The notes under the pieces were generated by a model. The model was not told where the DNA came from. It did not search any database and saw only the letters and a list, made by a program, of their open reading frames with translations. Of a stretch of DNA of 64,000 nt, positions 45,466 to 54,567 are shown piece after piece. The translations under genes were made by a program, and so were the position numbers. This stretch comes from a virus (Duplodnaviria > Heunggongvirae > Uroviricota > Caudoviricetes): positions 50,702 through 114,701 of IMG/VR virus record IMGVR_UViG_3300048813_000140; one strand, 5' to 3'. Numbering within the stretch: the first letter of the stretch is position 1; each line of letters begins with the position of its first letter.

Positions 45466-46329
45466 TTACTTCGGTAGGCTAGCTTTATGATATTCAACGG
45501 TATGCATGCCAGATCTTTGGCTTTTTACCATTTTGTCCTTACCAGACGTACTAAAATTTGCCGGTTCGTCAGGAGCAGCAACCGCAGCCGCTGGGGCAGC
45601 TACAGGGGCAGTAGGCTCTTCAGTGCCATCTTCTTCGTTAGAACCCTTTTTGGGTCCACCTTTTACGTTAGGGAGTTTTTTGGCTTGTCCACCCTCAGAT
45701 TTATTCATTTTAATTTCAGATCTAGCCATATCTGGCTCAGAAGCCTGTACGGCTTTCTGTGAAGCAGATCTTTTGCCGTCCATCATTCCTCTGAAATGCA
45801 TCAACTTGTGAACGCCTTTTTTCTGGGGAACCGTACCAGCCTGAGGATTGTTGCCTTCAATTTGCTCTTTAGGATTAGCGCCCGGAGCTGGTTGGGAAGC
45901 TTGTCTATGGTCTGGAGCTGGAGCATTTCCTGGTTTTGTTTCAAAATCGTTGAAATCTCTTTCAGTTGGTTTCTGTTTGATTTCGGGCTTCATAGGATTA
46001 CTAGGAGCAGCCTTATTTTCAGCCTTAAGTAAGACTTCTAAATCACCAAGATCAGCATAAAGTTCTTTAAATTCAGACTTTTGCATGCTTTTGCACATAA
46101 GGCAAGCTTCTTGCTTCACCATTTTGTGGCCTTCTTTTTTCTCAGCCGACTTGTTTTCCATCATATGCTTTTCGCAGAGGCCTTCTACTTTTTCACCAAG
46201 TGCGGCATCCTGCTTTTCATCAGGATTTTCCTTTTTGGTCATCATTTCTGACTTCTTAAGGATTTCTTCAGCCTTTCTGAGTACGGCAAGTGCTGCTTCT
46301 TTAGCTGTATATTTCTTTTCTTCGGCCAT
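45466..46329 (-). CDS. Lys/Glu/Pro-rich low-complexity protein (287 aa)
   Basis: ORF track. The many plus-strand ORFs inside it (45487-46393) are compositional artefacts. Confidence 0.6.
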   Translation of the reverse strand: MAEEKKYTAKEAALAVLRKAEEILKKSEMMTKKENPDEKQDAALGEKVEGLCEKHMMENKSAEKKEGHKMVKQEACLMCKSMQKSEFKELYADLGDLEVLLKAENKAAPSNPMKPEIKQKPTERDFNDFETKPGNAPAPDHRQASQPAPGANPKEQIEGNNPQAGTVPQKKGVHKLMHFRGMMDGKRSASQKAVQASEPDMARSEIKMNKSEGGQAKKLPNVKGGPKKGSNEEDGTEEPTAPVAAPAAAVAAPDEPANFSTSGKDKMVKSQRSGMHTVEYHKASLPK

Positions 46330-46451
46330 AGTTAAACCTCTTCTATACCTTATAGATTGTGTTCGGGACGATTTTGTCGATATAAGTAGTTGATTTCATT
46401 AATTTTACGTTCACTTCGTGTTATTCTCTACTCTTATACTATTAAGATTGC

Positions 46452-47492
46452 TTAAGATTCCTCAGATTCAGTTACTGGGAACCAATTTTGATTCTCTTGT
46501 TGTTGCAGTGTGTCAGGCTCTGTATTGCTTATTATCTTGATTCCACCCGTATAGTCATCACAGTTGACCCTATCGGTTAATTCAGCTATTTCTATGACTC
46601 TATGAGGAGCTTTAATGAAAGTCTGCTCCACTTGACCAGTTATTGTGATAATTTTGACGTAAGCCTCTTCTCCGCCAGGACCTTCATAGTTGGGGTCTTC
46701 CATGATCTCTCCACTGTTTATGACAGATTCAGAGAATCCATTAGCCTCTAAAAGACTTTCTTTATATCTTAGAATCGTGTATAGGGCTATAGTATGTAAC
46801 CAAATCAGGGCTTGAGGGTCTCCATGTGCGTGTATGCCAACCGTATAAGACTCTGAAGCAAAAATATGTTCAATTCTAGCTACATAGTACTGATATTTCG
46901 GAACTATCGCTAGTCTAGAAGCATCCAACCGAATGTTGGGTTCAATATAGAGGCCTTCTCCATTGATATTCTGTATTATGAAGCCTTCCCCTTTATCTGG
47001 GTCGACAAGGATCTGACCTGGAGTAACATTTTGAAATCCGACTACATCGTCTCCAAAGGTTATCAATCCGGTAGAAGGATCATACCCAGTAGGAACAAAG
47101 GGCTTCACTATATAGGCTATAGGTCTTCCTATTTCTTGCGGAAGAAGTATGATGGTTTCAGCAGACAAATCGGCCATGTGCTTCATTTCAGGCTTTTCGT
47201 TTGAATTATTCTGAAATATCGTTATGCATGGCAATATATCTTTGTCCTTACGGGGACGCATGTATATCTCTACGTTGTTATTAAGAAACCATTCTTGCAT
47301 TGCATTGATATTGCTTTTGCCACTTTTGTCGGCTAAAAATTTTACGTTAGTAAGTCCCTGATTCATATGCTGTAGAATCCACGGATTTTTACGAACTTCT
47401 TCAAGTCCTTGCACTAATAGGTTTCTAAGAATAAAATCGCCTTGAAAAATTCCGATGACACACCTACCTATTGCTTTTCTTAATGTTGTCAA
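46452..47492 (-). CDS. virion structural protein (346 aa)
   Basis: ORF track. The C-terminus overlaps the HNH gene start by 29 nt. Confidence 0.6.
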   Translation of the reverse strand: MTTLRKAIGRCVIGIFQGDFILRNLLVQGLEEVRKNPWILQHMNQGLTNVKFLADKSGKSNINAMQEWFLNNNVEIYMRPRKDKDILPCITIFQNNSNEKPEMKHMADLSAETIILLPQEIGRPIAYIVKPFVPTGYDPSTGLITFGDDVVGFQNVTPGQILVDPDKGEGFIIQNINGEGLYIEPNIRLDASRLAIVPKYQYYVARIEHIFASESYTVGIHAHGDPQALIWLHTIALYTILRYKESLLEANGFSESVINSGEIMEDPNYEGPGGEEAYVKIITITGQVEQTFIKAPHRVIEIAELTDRVNCDDYTGGIKIISNTEPDTLQQQENQNWFPVTESEES

Positions 47493-48021
47493 CCGCCCAC
47501 AATGGCTGAAGATTAGTATAATGACATGCTACTAAAATTTGTTCTTTTTGTGTAAGGTCAAAACTGGACAGAGGCACAATGTGGTCAATATGCCATTTTC
47601 CGTGATTTGACCATTCCATTCCTTCGACAAATTTTGATTCCAGATAAGTTTTTAAAAAAGAAATGTTACACCCTAAATCACTTACAGCGGACCCACCCTT
47701 ATATGAATTTTTGAGTGCTTTCCTCAATCTATCTCTTAACAATCTACGTAATTTGAATTCTGTATCTTCTTGTTTTTTTCTTTTCTCGTATTCTGCTGAC
47801 TTTTTATTAAGAGCTAGTCTGTTTTTTTTGCGATATTCTTTCAAATACTCAGCACTTTTTTCTTTTCTACTATCTCTATACATTTTGAGATGATCTGTTT
47901 TATTTTCCACATATTCACGAATACATGACTTACATTTATACCCAATTCCATCTTTTCTGGATGAATCTCTATGAAAAAAAGACAAATCTTTGTATAATTT
48001 ACAAATTGTGCATTTTTTCAT
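47464..48021 (-). CDS. HNH homing endonuclease (free-standing), paralog of 33448-34098
   Basis: CTICK...CKSC zinc motif. HNH signature 'GKWHIDHIVPLSSFDLTQKEQILVACHYTNLQPLWAVDNIKKSNR'. Inserted between structural genes. Confidence 0.8.
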   Translation of the reverse strand: MKKCTICKLYKDLSFFHRDSSRKDGIGYKCKSCIREYVENKTDHLKMYRDSRKEKSAEYLKEYRKKNRLALNKKSAEYEKRKKQEDTEFKLRRLLRDRLRKALKNSYKGGSAVSDLGCNISFLKTYLESKFVEGMEWSNHGKWHIDHIVPLSSFDLTQKEQILVACHYTNLQPLWAVDNIKKSNR

Positions 48022-48791
48022 TATTTACCCCAATCCTCTTGGATTTTAGGCCAAATCTTGTCATCCCATATTTTTTGAGCTTCGTCCATAGCTTTATCCA
48101 TGTATTTTTTAGCGTCACTTCCGGGGTGCATCCATTTTCCTTCACTTCCAGGCCCACTAGATACGGTTCTGAAAGTTAGGATATCACGTCTAACATTGCC
48201 ACTCTTTGTTAGGGTTTGATATACGCTGACACCCTTCATTACTGGAGTATTACCTTTGCCAGGTATTTTTCCTCCAAAATCGAATGAATGAAGCTTCCCG
48301 ACTTTTGGACTTCCGTTAGCGTTATATTCTATTTTTTTGAAAGGTATATTCTTTTTCTTCAATTCTTTTCTTATGTCGTTGACCACATTTTGAGTATATG
48401 GAGTATTATCTTGAGGAGCCTTGTCGTAATGAAATGGAATAACTTTGTACGTGTATTTATTGCCTCTTTTACCTTTCTTCAAAAGGTCAGGCTTCATATC
48501 GTGAGGCTTGAGTCCTTCTTCTATGAATAAGGCAGGTTCAGCCAAAGATATGACGTAGACCCCATCGCCGGTCTGTTCTGGATTCGACAGATTAGAGAGA
48601 TATATGTTTCTAGTAGAGCCGAGCCCCTTTGCGTTAGGGCCTTCTCCTTCATTGACCAAATCAATTATTCTGGCTTTTACAGTTTCTGCTAAAGCCCCAA
48701 CAGCCTTCTTGATGTCAGCCTCAATTTGGTCTCTAAGTTCTCCAAATTGTGAGGCCAAGGCTTCGGCGTCTACGTGAAATTTAAGCGCCAT
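48021..48791 (-). CDS. virion structural protein (256 aa)
   Basis: ORF track. ATGA-coupled to the HNH gene. Confidence 0.6.
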   Translation of the reverse strand: MALKFHVDAEALASQFGELRDQIEADIKKAVGALAETVKARIIDLVNEGEGPNAKGLGSTRNIYLSNLSNPEQTGDGVYVISLAEPALFIEEGLKPHDMKPDLLKKGKRGNKYTYKVIPFHYDKAPQDNTPYTQNVVNDIRKELKKKNIPFKKIEYNANGSPKVGKLHSFDFGGKIPGKGNTPVMKGVSVYQTLTKSGNVRRDILTFRTVSSGPGSEGKWMHPGSDAKKYMDKAMDEAQKIWDDKIWPKIQEDWGK

Positions 48792-49010
48792 CTTTATTCT
48801 CGTTTACGGGTTTTACTGGAACTCCAGTAGGACTCTTTACTTTAGCTTCTTTCATGTCAATCCATCGAGTCTTTTTAGTTACGGGATCGATTACTTTTTT
48901 TTGACCCTTGTCGTTTACTGCATTTTCCATATATGGAGTTCTAGCGACATGCTCTGTCGTCCATTTGGTTGGCAGCTTTCCGACCGGTTGGCCAATAGAA
49001 CCTTCTTGTC

Positions 49011-50579
49011 CTACTGGCCCAGCGTTTTTGGGCCATTTGAGCCCGCCCCTGTTGGTTGGGGTTGAGAAGGCTGAGCTGGAGTCGGTGGAGCCGACCCAAG
49101 CGGACTACTATCTAGCTGTTGTTCTTGGTCTAAACCAAGCAACTTGGCCATTTCGATCATGGCCTTAAGCATAGCAATAGAAGACGCATACAGCTGTGGA
49201 GCTTGTTCTCTTGCCTTTTCAATTATATTTTTACAGGCCTTAAATCCCTCAAGAGCTTGGCCTACCATTTCTAGTACGCGTTCTCTTTGAATGCTATCGG
49301 CGTGATTATCTAAACCCTCTTGCAAAACAGAAGTAATGTCTGGAACGTGCTGATCGCCTAATCCCAAATCTGAAGGAGTATTTTGGCTATATCCTTCTGG
49401 TCGACTGACATTGCCTTCCATATTGGTACCATCAGGCATATTAGCTGCATCATCTTGATTGACCTGAGTTCTTTGAGCTTGTTCGTTTGGAGGAATGTTG
49501 TCGATTTCTCCAAGAATACTTTCTACGGTACCTGTATTTTCTGGATTTACGGTCTGGCCAGGAGCAATTACGTTGCTTCCGTTTTCGCCTCCAGCTACCC
49601 CTGTACCCATATTAACTTCGGCAAGTTTTCTATTTTCATTCGTAGCAACGTCGGTATTTATTCCTAGTCCTGAAGGAGTAGACGATATTGCGGGAGGCTT
49701 ATCCATACTAGGACGAGCCTGATCCTGACCTAGATAGTTTTCACCATCTTGAGTAGTGGGCAATACTTGCGTCGAAGGAGGATTTGGCGATATAGATTGA
49801 TCGTCTCCCGCCATTCCCCCGCCATTTTGGCGGGATTGCTGACAATACGGACAATCCTGAGAATGACCGTCTTCAGCTGGATTATGTTCTGCCATTTCCA
49901 TACAATATGGACAATCTTGAGCATGTCCATCTTCTGCTGGATTATGGTTGAGTCTAGCGCAATACGGACAATCGGATGGATGACCATCTTCTGTAGGATT
50001 ATGAGCCGCACAGTAAGGACATTCGTGATCTAGATTCTTCTCCGAAATGGTTTGGCAATAAGGACAGTCATGTTCTTGAGGTTTATTTATTTTCATATTG
50101 TTTTCCATATCAACTTCTTCCGATTTGAAATAAGCGTTGCCCTGCTTCTGTTCCTCGGCGTTTGCCGTTCCCTGTACCAAACTTAGTTTAAGTTTATCTA
50201 GCTCTTGTTCTACGATAGCGTCGTATACCACTATCATATTTTTTCCACGAGCCTTACCTATCAGGAGTGCTTTACCTGCTTCTGATAAAGTTCTGCCTAC
50301 TCCAACCGTAACAGTCATTCCGGTAGCAAATTCGTAATCTCTACGCATTTCTTCAATATTTGACTTGGCCTGTTCTTTTACTGCGTATAGTCCTTGATCC
50401 CCACCTGAAGAATAGATAATGCCACCGTATTGTGCGGCCCATCTATTCCAGAGTTCATTACCTAACTCTATCTTCTCAGAAACGGTCTTAAGCTCAATAG
50501 GATTGTCAGAAAGAATAGCTTGACCTACTCGATTGCCGATTCCATCGCCGTCAAAGGCCACATAGATCAAATTATCCAT
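49011..50579 (-). CDS. multidomain protein (522 aa): an N-terminal GGDEF/mCpol-like palm domain, five CPYC repeats, and a P/S/Q/G-rich low-complexity C-terminus
   Basis: The N-terminus 'VAFDGDGIGNRVG' ... (about 45 aa) ... 'YSSGGDQGLYAV' mirrors the D-x-D plus GGD(E/D) motif pair of nucleotide-cyclase / minimal-polymerase palm domains. Repeats 'NPAEDGH(A/S)QDCPYC'. Confidence 0.7.
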   Translation of the reverse strand: MDNLIYVAFDGDGIGNRVGQAILSDNPIELKTVSEKIELGNELWNRWAAQYGGIIYSSGGDQGLYAVKEQAKSNIEEMRRDYEFATGMTVTVGVGRTLSEAGKALLIGKARGKNMIVVYDAIVEQELDKLKLSLVQGTANAEEQKQGNAYFKSEEVDMENNMKINKPQEHDCPYCQTISEKNLDHECPYCAAHNPTEDGHPSDCPYCARLNHNPAEDGHAQDCPYCMEMAEHNPAEDGHSQDCPYCQQSRQNGGGMAGDDQSISPNPPSTQVLPTTQDGENYLGQDQARPSMDKPPAISSTPSGLGINTDVATNENRKLAEVNMGTGVAGGENGSNVIAPGQTVNPENTGTVESILGEIDNIPPNEQAQRTQVNQDDAANMPDGTNMEGNVSRPEGYSQNTPSDLGLGDQHVPDITSVLQEGLDNHADSIQRERVLEMVGQALEGFKACKNIIEKAREQAPQLYASSIAMLKAMIEMAKLLGLDQEQQLDSSPLGSAPPTPAQPSQPQPTGAGSNGPKTLGQ

Positions 50580-51504
50580 GTTTCCCTCTTTTTAGGACTT
50601 CTAGGAACATTTCAATATTATCTTTTTCCCAAGACTTACCGAAACGTACTTTAATTCCATCTTCTGTCTTTTTGATATATACCTTACTGTCTTGATCATC
50701 ACCGAAACAAACGCACGTAGAAAACACTTTGCCATCAAAAATGTCATGATTACAATCTGGACAAGTAACAGACTCACTTTTGGCCAAAAAGACAACATTT
50801 TCATTCTTCTTGAATTTGTTTCTCTTTTTTTCTAAGAAATCCTTTACAGGGGATATCTTTTTTACCTTGTGCTCAATTTTCGTCACTTTACCATCTTCTA
50901 TGGTCGTGGTTTTGGTTTTCTCTTTTTCGTATCTAGGAGCTTCTTTTGCTTTGTTAGCTTCTGTAATTTTTGCAAGTATCAATTGTTGTACTGCGTCACG
51001 CTCTGAGATTTTTTTGTCGACTACTTTTCCTATAAGATCATGAAGAGCCATACGCTCATCTATCATATGTTGAACTTTATCTAAAACGTCCGTAGTCAAT
51101 TGCGATTTGGGTTGTTTACCTAAATCATCTGCAGAATACAATTCAAAAGTTGACATAACACATAGACCAACTCCAGGAATTGGCCTAAATTTGAATTCTG
51201 CAATTTTCTTATTTTCCTGTTCTATATCGCCACTAAAAACGTCTGGGCCATGTTTGTCAACCCTTAGTTTGCAATTTCCATCCAAAGGTAGTGCTATATC
51301 TTTATGCTCTCCAACATTCATTGGAGTTAATTCTCTAATCAAAAAAGACATTATGGTTCTAGGAACGATCTTTAGACCTAAATGTATGTCTTCAAGATCG
51401 GTTACAGATTTGGTGTCCTTTTTCCATAATTCAAACTTGTTTAAAGATTCCATGAAATCTTCACCCAAGGTTTTATTTAAAAAGAAGTTAGCATTAGAAG
51501 ACAC
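50572..51504 (-). CDS. hypothetical protein (310 aa) with a zinc-ribbon-like 'CPDCNHD...CVCFGDD' motif
   Basis: ORF track. Confidence 0.6.
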   Translation of the reverse strand: MSSNANFFLNKTLGEDFMESLNKFELWKKDTKSVTDLEDIHLGLKIVPRTIMSFLIRELTPMNVGEHKDIALPLDGNCKLRVDKHGPDVFSGDIEQENKKIAEFKFRPIPGVGLCVMSTFELYSADDLGKQPKSQLTTDVLDKVQHMIDERMALHDLIGKVVDKKISERDAVQQLILAKITEANKAKEAPRYEKEKTKTTTIEDGKVTKIEHKVKKISPVKDFLEKKRNKFKKNENVVFLAKSESVTCPDCNHDIFDGKVFSTCVCFGDDQDSKVYIKKTEDGIKVRFGKSWEKDNIEMFLEVLKRGKHG

Positions 51505-51516
51505 TTCGTTCCCCTA

Positions 51517-52011
51517 TTACGTGTTTTCAGGACCAGTAGTTTGCTGCGCATTACTTGAGTTGGTCTGAGGCTGCACGACAACGTAGCTAGGATCATCAAT
51601 AACGAATACTAGTAAGCTAGCATTGCTGGTTCCAACATATTGCCATATACCGGAGGCTACATAGGTCCAAGAATTTGGGGTACAAGGAATACCTACGAAT
51701 GGTGCATTAGCGCCTGTTTGTACGATGCCCGCCGCTTGAGGAGCCATAGTGCTATCTCCAAAGGTCACGGCCTGTACGGTTCCACTATTATTGTAAATGG
51801 CTAAATTTAAACCAGCAGCCTGCAACACTCTAACCGTAGACGCATCAGTGGTAAAGCCACCAGCACCGTTATTCAGCGGAATAAGGTATTTACCTACTTC
51901 CGTGACTTTTCTGGCTCCAGCTCTTTCATTGTAGGTAATATTGTCAATCGCCGATGGATCTCGCGTTTGATCACTTTGCCAATTACGATTTTTAATTTGA
52001 GGGAGTGCCAT
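51517..52011 (-). CDS. virion structural protein (164 aa)
   Basis: ORF track. Confidence 0.55.
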   Translation of the reverse strand: MALPQIKNRNWQSDQTRDPSAIDNITYNERAGARKVTEVGKYLIPLNNGAGGFTTDASTVRVLQAAGLNLAIYNNSGTVQAVTFGDSTMAPQAAGIVQTGANAPFVGIPCTPNSWTYVASGIWQYVGTSNASLLVFVIDDPSYVVVQPQTNSSNAQQTTGPENT

Positions 52012-52041
52012 ATTATTGATTTCCTTTATTTTTGTTCATGA

Positions 52042-53001
52042 TTAAGATTGTTCCTCGTCGTCCTCAGGATCGCCAAAACTGGACATTTCCACAGGAATTG
52101 CATACTTAGACGGGTTTATAGGCTCGATTGGAGCCTTATCGACCCTCTTTGGATCTTTAGGTTTGAGCTGGTTGGTAGAATCGCCCCTGTTTTGATTGTG
52201 GAAAACATATTCGCGCTGCGCTATAGCGTGATAAGGCATGCGTTCGGGGGTTCTTTCGCCATTTTCAGTGACATTAGTGACCCTGACTTCCTTCAAAAGG
52301 ATGGTAATATACCAATATGCCCTATAAAGATAACGCACTGAGTAAACTCTACCCTTGCCGGTGTCTGGGTCTATTCCTGGATTACTTCCACCAGAAACCC
52401 ACTGGATATTGCCGTCTTTAGTGATTTCATAATCGACGCCTTGTCGGTATTCGTACCCACGGCTGTCTATCACTGGAACTTCCATTTCGACTATAGCGAA
52501 CATGGGAACATTGTCTATGCCGTCTTGGTAGTCCATTTTTTGAGGATTTGACACTAATACATCAACTGTTGGGTCCGCTACGTATATTCGGTCTCCTGGA
52601 GACAAATAGATCCTTTTTCCAGCCGCTAGACCTTGTTCATTGTTATAAAAGCGAGGCATCACAAGCTTTGATTCTGATGGGTCAAGCATACCAGCGCCAG
52701 TTTGGTCTCTTTTTCGACTTCTACTGTTGTCAGTCATTACGGCTGTAAATTTGCCAGCTAAAGAGTAAATCATACCATTTGAGGTTATAGTGTCGACTCC
52801 ATCGGAACGTCTGTAAGAACCCCTATCATTTTGCCCAATGGGTGAGGGAACACCCTTATAATGTAAAAACTCCACACCTAAACCGACGACAAAATCTTCC
52901 AACCTGTCTAGATCGAATGACTCCTGAACGTAATCGCCATCCCTAGGAATGGTGTCTATCTGTAAATCAGAATTTGGTGTTAAGGGCTTGTTATTTGACA
53001 T
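52042..53001 (-). CDS. virion structural protein (319 aa)
   Basis: ORF track. Acidic C-terminal tail. Confidence 0.6.
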   Translation of the reverse strand: MSNNKPLTPNSDLQIDTIPRDGDYVQESFDLDRLEDFVVGLGVEFLHYKGVPSPIGQNDRGSYRRSDGVDTITSNGMIYSLAGKFTAVMTDNSRSRKRDQTGAGMLDPSESKLVMPRFYNNEQGLAAGKRIYLSPGDRIYVADPTVDVLVSNPQKMDYQDGIDNVPMFAIVEMEVPVIDSRGYEYRQGVDYEITKDGNIQWVSGGSNPGIDPDTGKGRVYSVRYLYRAYWYITILLKEVRVTNVTENGERTPERMPYHAIAQREYVFHNQNRGDSTNQLKPKDPKRVDKAPIEPINPSKYAIPVEMSSFGDPEDDEEQS

Positions 53002-53398
53002 CTATTTCTCTTTTTGAGCACATTGAAGACAGTTCTTCTAGTTTTTTGTCGGTATCTAAGTGATTTAGTACCATCAATTTAACCACTTCATTAATCTTTA
53101 TATCAGTGTTTACCTTGTCGAATTCCTTCTTTGTTTTGAATCCAGAAAAAGAATCCCCATACTGAACCTTGATGTTTAGATTTGGATTTACTCCACTATT
53201 GACACATAGTTCCATTTCTTTTAAAAACGTATCTATTTGCTCATCGTCGGGTTTGTATTTTACTATAACTTGCGTAGATCCACAGAATTGTTCAAGAAAT
53301 GGTCTTCCTGTATCATACTCACACTCTAAATTGTCTTTTATAATTTTGACGCACATGTTATTTGGCCTGAATTTTGATTTTCTTAGCGCCGCAAGCAA
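52991..53398 (-). CDS. hypothetical protein (135 aa)
   Basis: ORF track. Confidence 0.5.
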   Translation of the reverse strand: MLAALRKSKFRPNNMCVKIIKDNLECEYDTGRPFLEQFCGSTQVIVKYKPDDEQIDTFLKEMELCVNSGVNPNLNIKVQYGDSFSGFKTKKEFDKVNTDIKINEVVKLMVLNHLDTDKKLEELSSMCSKREIDVK

Positions 53399-53867
53399 GT
53401 GCTTTCTCAGCAGTAGCGCCAGCTAAGGCTCTAGAAAATTCTCTTCCAATTTTTAGTTCATTGAAAATGATATTTCCATTATCGAAGCTACTAAAAACAG
53501 ATGCAATTTTTGAATTATGCTTAGTTATTTGAAATTCAATGCCACCAATAGACTGAACCGAATATATGTCATGTCCAGATTTTCTCAATTCATCAGAAAG
53601 AAAGTGTGAGTGTTTTTCAACTCTTGTGGGGCCTGCAATTAGTTCACTCTTCATCATGTTAGGTTGAAATTCGGGATATTGACGCTCAAGATTATATTTG
53701 ACTATGGCTGGGTGAGACCCTGCGGCCAACGCTTCGTCTGCGATCTTTCCTCTGGCATGACCTACACAAATATGAAAGCCTCCCTTGGTCTTGATCATCT
53801 TGACCGGTTTCCCATTCATCATTCCAATGTCTTCAACTGATTGAATTTCATTTGGGGTTAACTGCAT
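53358..53867 (-). CDS. hypothetical protein (169 aa), possible peptidase M15-like (HxxGxxAD motif 'GHARGKIAD')
   Basis: 'VGHARGKIADEAL' resembles the H-x-x-G-x-A-x-D zinc-ligand motif of LAS/M15 peptidases. A downstream His is at 'VEKHSHF'. Weak. Confidence 0.5.
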   Translation of the reverse strand: MQLTPNEIQSVEDIGMMNGKPVKMIKTKGGFHICVGHARGKIADEALAAGSHPAIVKYNLERQYPEFQPNMMKSELIAGPTRVEKHSHFLSDELRKSGHDIYSVQSIGGIEFQITKHNSKIASVFSSFDNGNIIFNELKIGREFSRALAGATAEKALACGAKKIKIQAK

Positions 53868-53868
53868 T

Positions 53869-54567
53869 TTATTCTCCTAATTTCTTCGCTACGATAGCTT
53901 CTAATTGCGGGTTATCTTCCAGGTATCTCTTAAGGTCATCTCCGCGCAATGCCATGGCTTTCTGGTAGTTTTGCTTTAAGGTATAATCCGTATTTACGAT
54001 CTCACGAACTTCCGATGGAATCAATTTAAGTTGACCTATTGGGAACTCAGCATCATGTTTTTCAGATTTCTCTAATGTCTCTTCAAATGTATATACGGTA
54101 TTGTTCGCACCATCCTCAATTGTAAGGGGTCCGAATTTTAAATTGTAAGGGGTCAATCCATTTTCTTTGATTTCGTCGTAAAGCTCTTTATTGATTGTTA
54201 TGTGAGCCATGAACTTTTTATGAGTAATCCCTCTGCCATCGAAATACTTGTAGAATTTTTCATAAGCAGGATCGGCATTTTTAATAGATAACATATAGTA
54301 ATCTGTGTCGGTATGTTCAGAATGAAAAATAGTGGCTTCAAATTCAAGCTTTTTTGGGTCAGGCGATTTTATGTTGAGATCTTTTACGAGTCTTCTAACT
54401 TCTTTGAAGGAAAACTCTTTAATGTCATTGAAAACTTTTAAAGACATATGTAGTGGGATTTCATCGCTTAACTTTTTGACACCCTTTATGCTTACCTTAA
54501 ACAGGATGTCGCAATGTTCTCTAGCTTTGTTTTTGTAGTCAGAACCTATATCCTTTTTCGCAGCCAT
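53869..54567 (-). CDS. 2H phosphoesterase-like protein (232 aa; two H-x-(S/T)-x motifs)
   Basis: 'PLHMSLKVF' and 'MAHITINKE' are about 90 aa apart, the hallmark tandem HxT/S pattern of the LigT / Acb1-type 2H superfamily. Confidence 0.6.
   Translation of the reverse strand: MAAKKDIGSDYKNKAREHCDILFKVSIKGVKKLSDEIPLHMSLKVFNDIKEFSFKEVRRLVKDLNIKSPDPKKLEFEATIFHSEHTDTDYYMLSIKNADPAYEKFYKYFDGRGITHKKFMAHITINKELYDEIKENGLTPYNLKFGPLTIEDGANNTVYTFEETLEKSEKHDAEFPIGQLKLIPSEVREIVNTDYTLKQNYQKAMALRGDDLKRYLEDNPQLEAIVAKKLGE

Noticed and set aside
45487-46393. Five plus-strand ORFs inside the Lys/Glu-rich minus-strand gene 45466-46329
   Set aside because: They are compositional artefacts of the low-complexity antisense strand, with no RBS and no coupling.
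49011-50579. Calling the N-terminal domain of the 522-aa protein a DNA primase (Toprim or AEP D-x-D)
   Set aside because: The second motif GGD(Q) at the expected distance fits the GGDEF / palm-cyclase family better than Toprim (E...DxD) or AEP primases. It remains only a palm-domain-like hypothesis.
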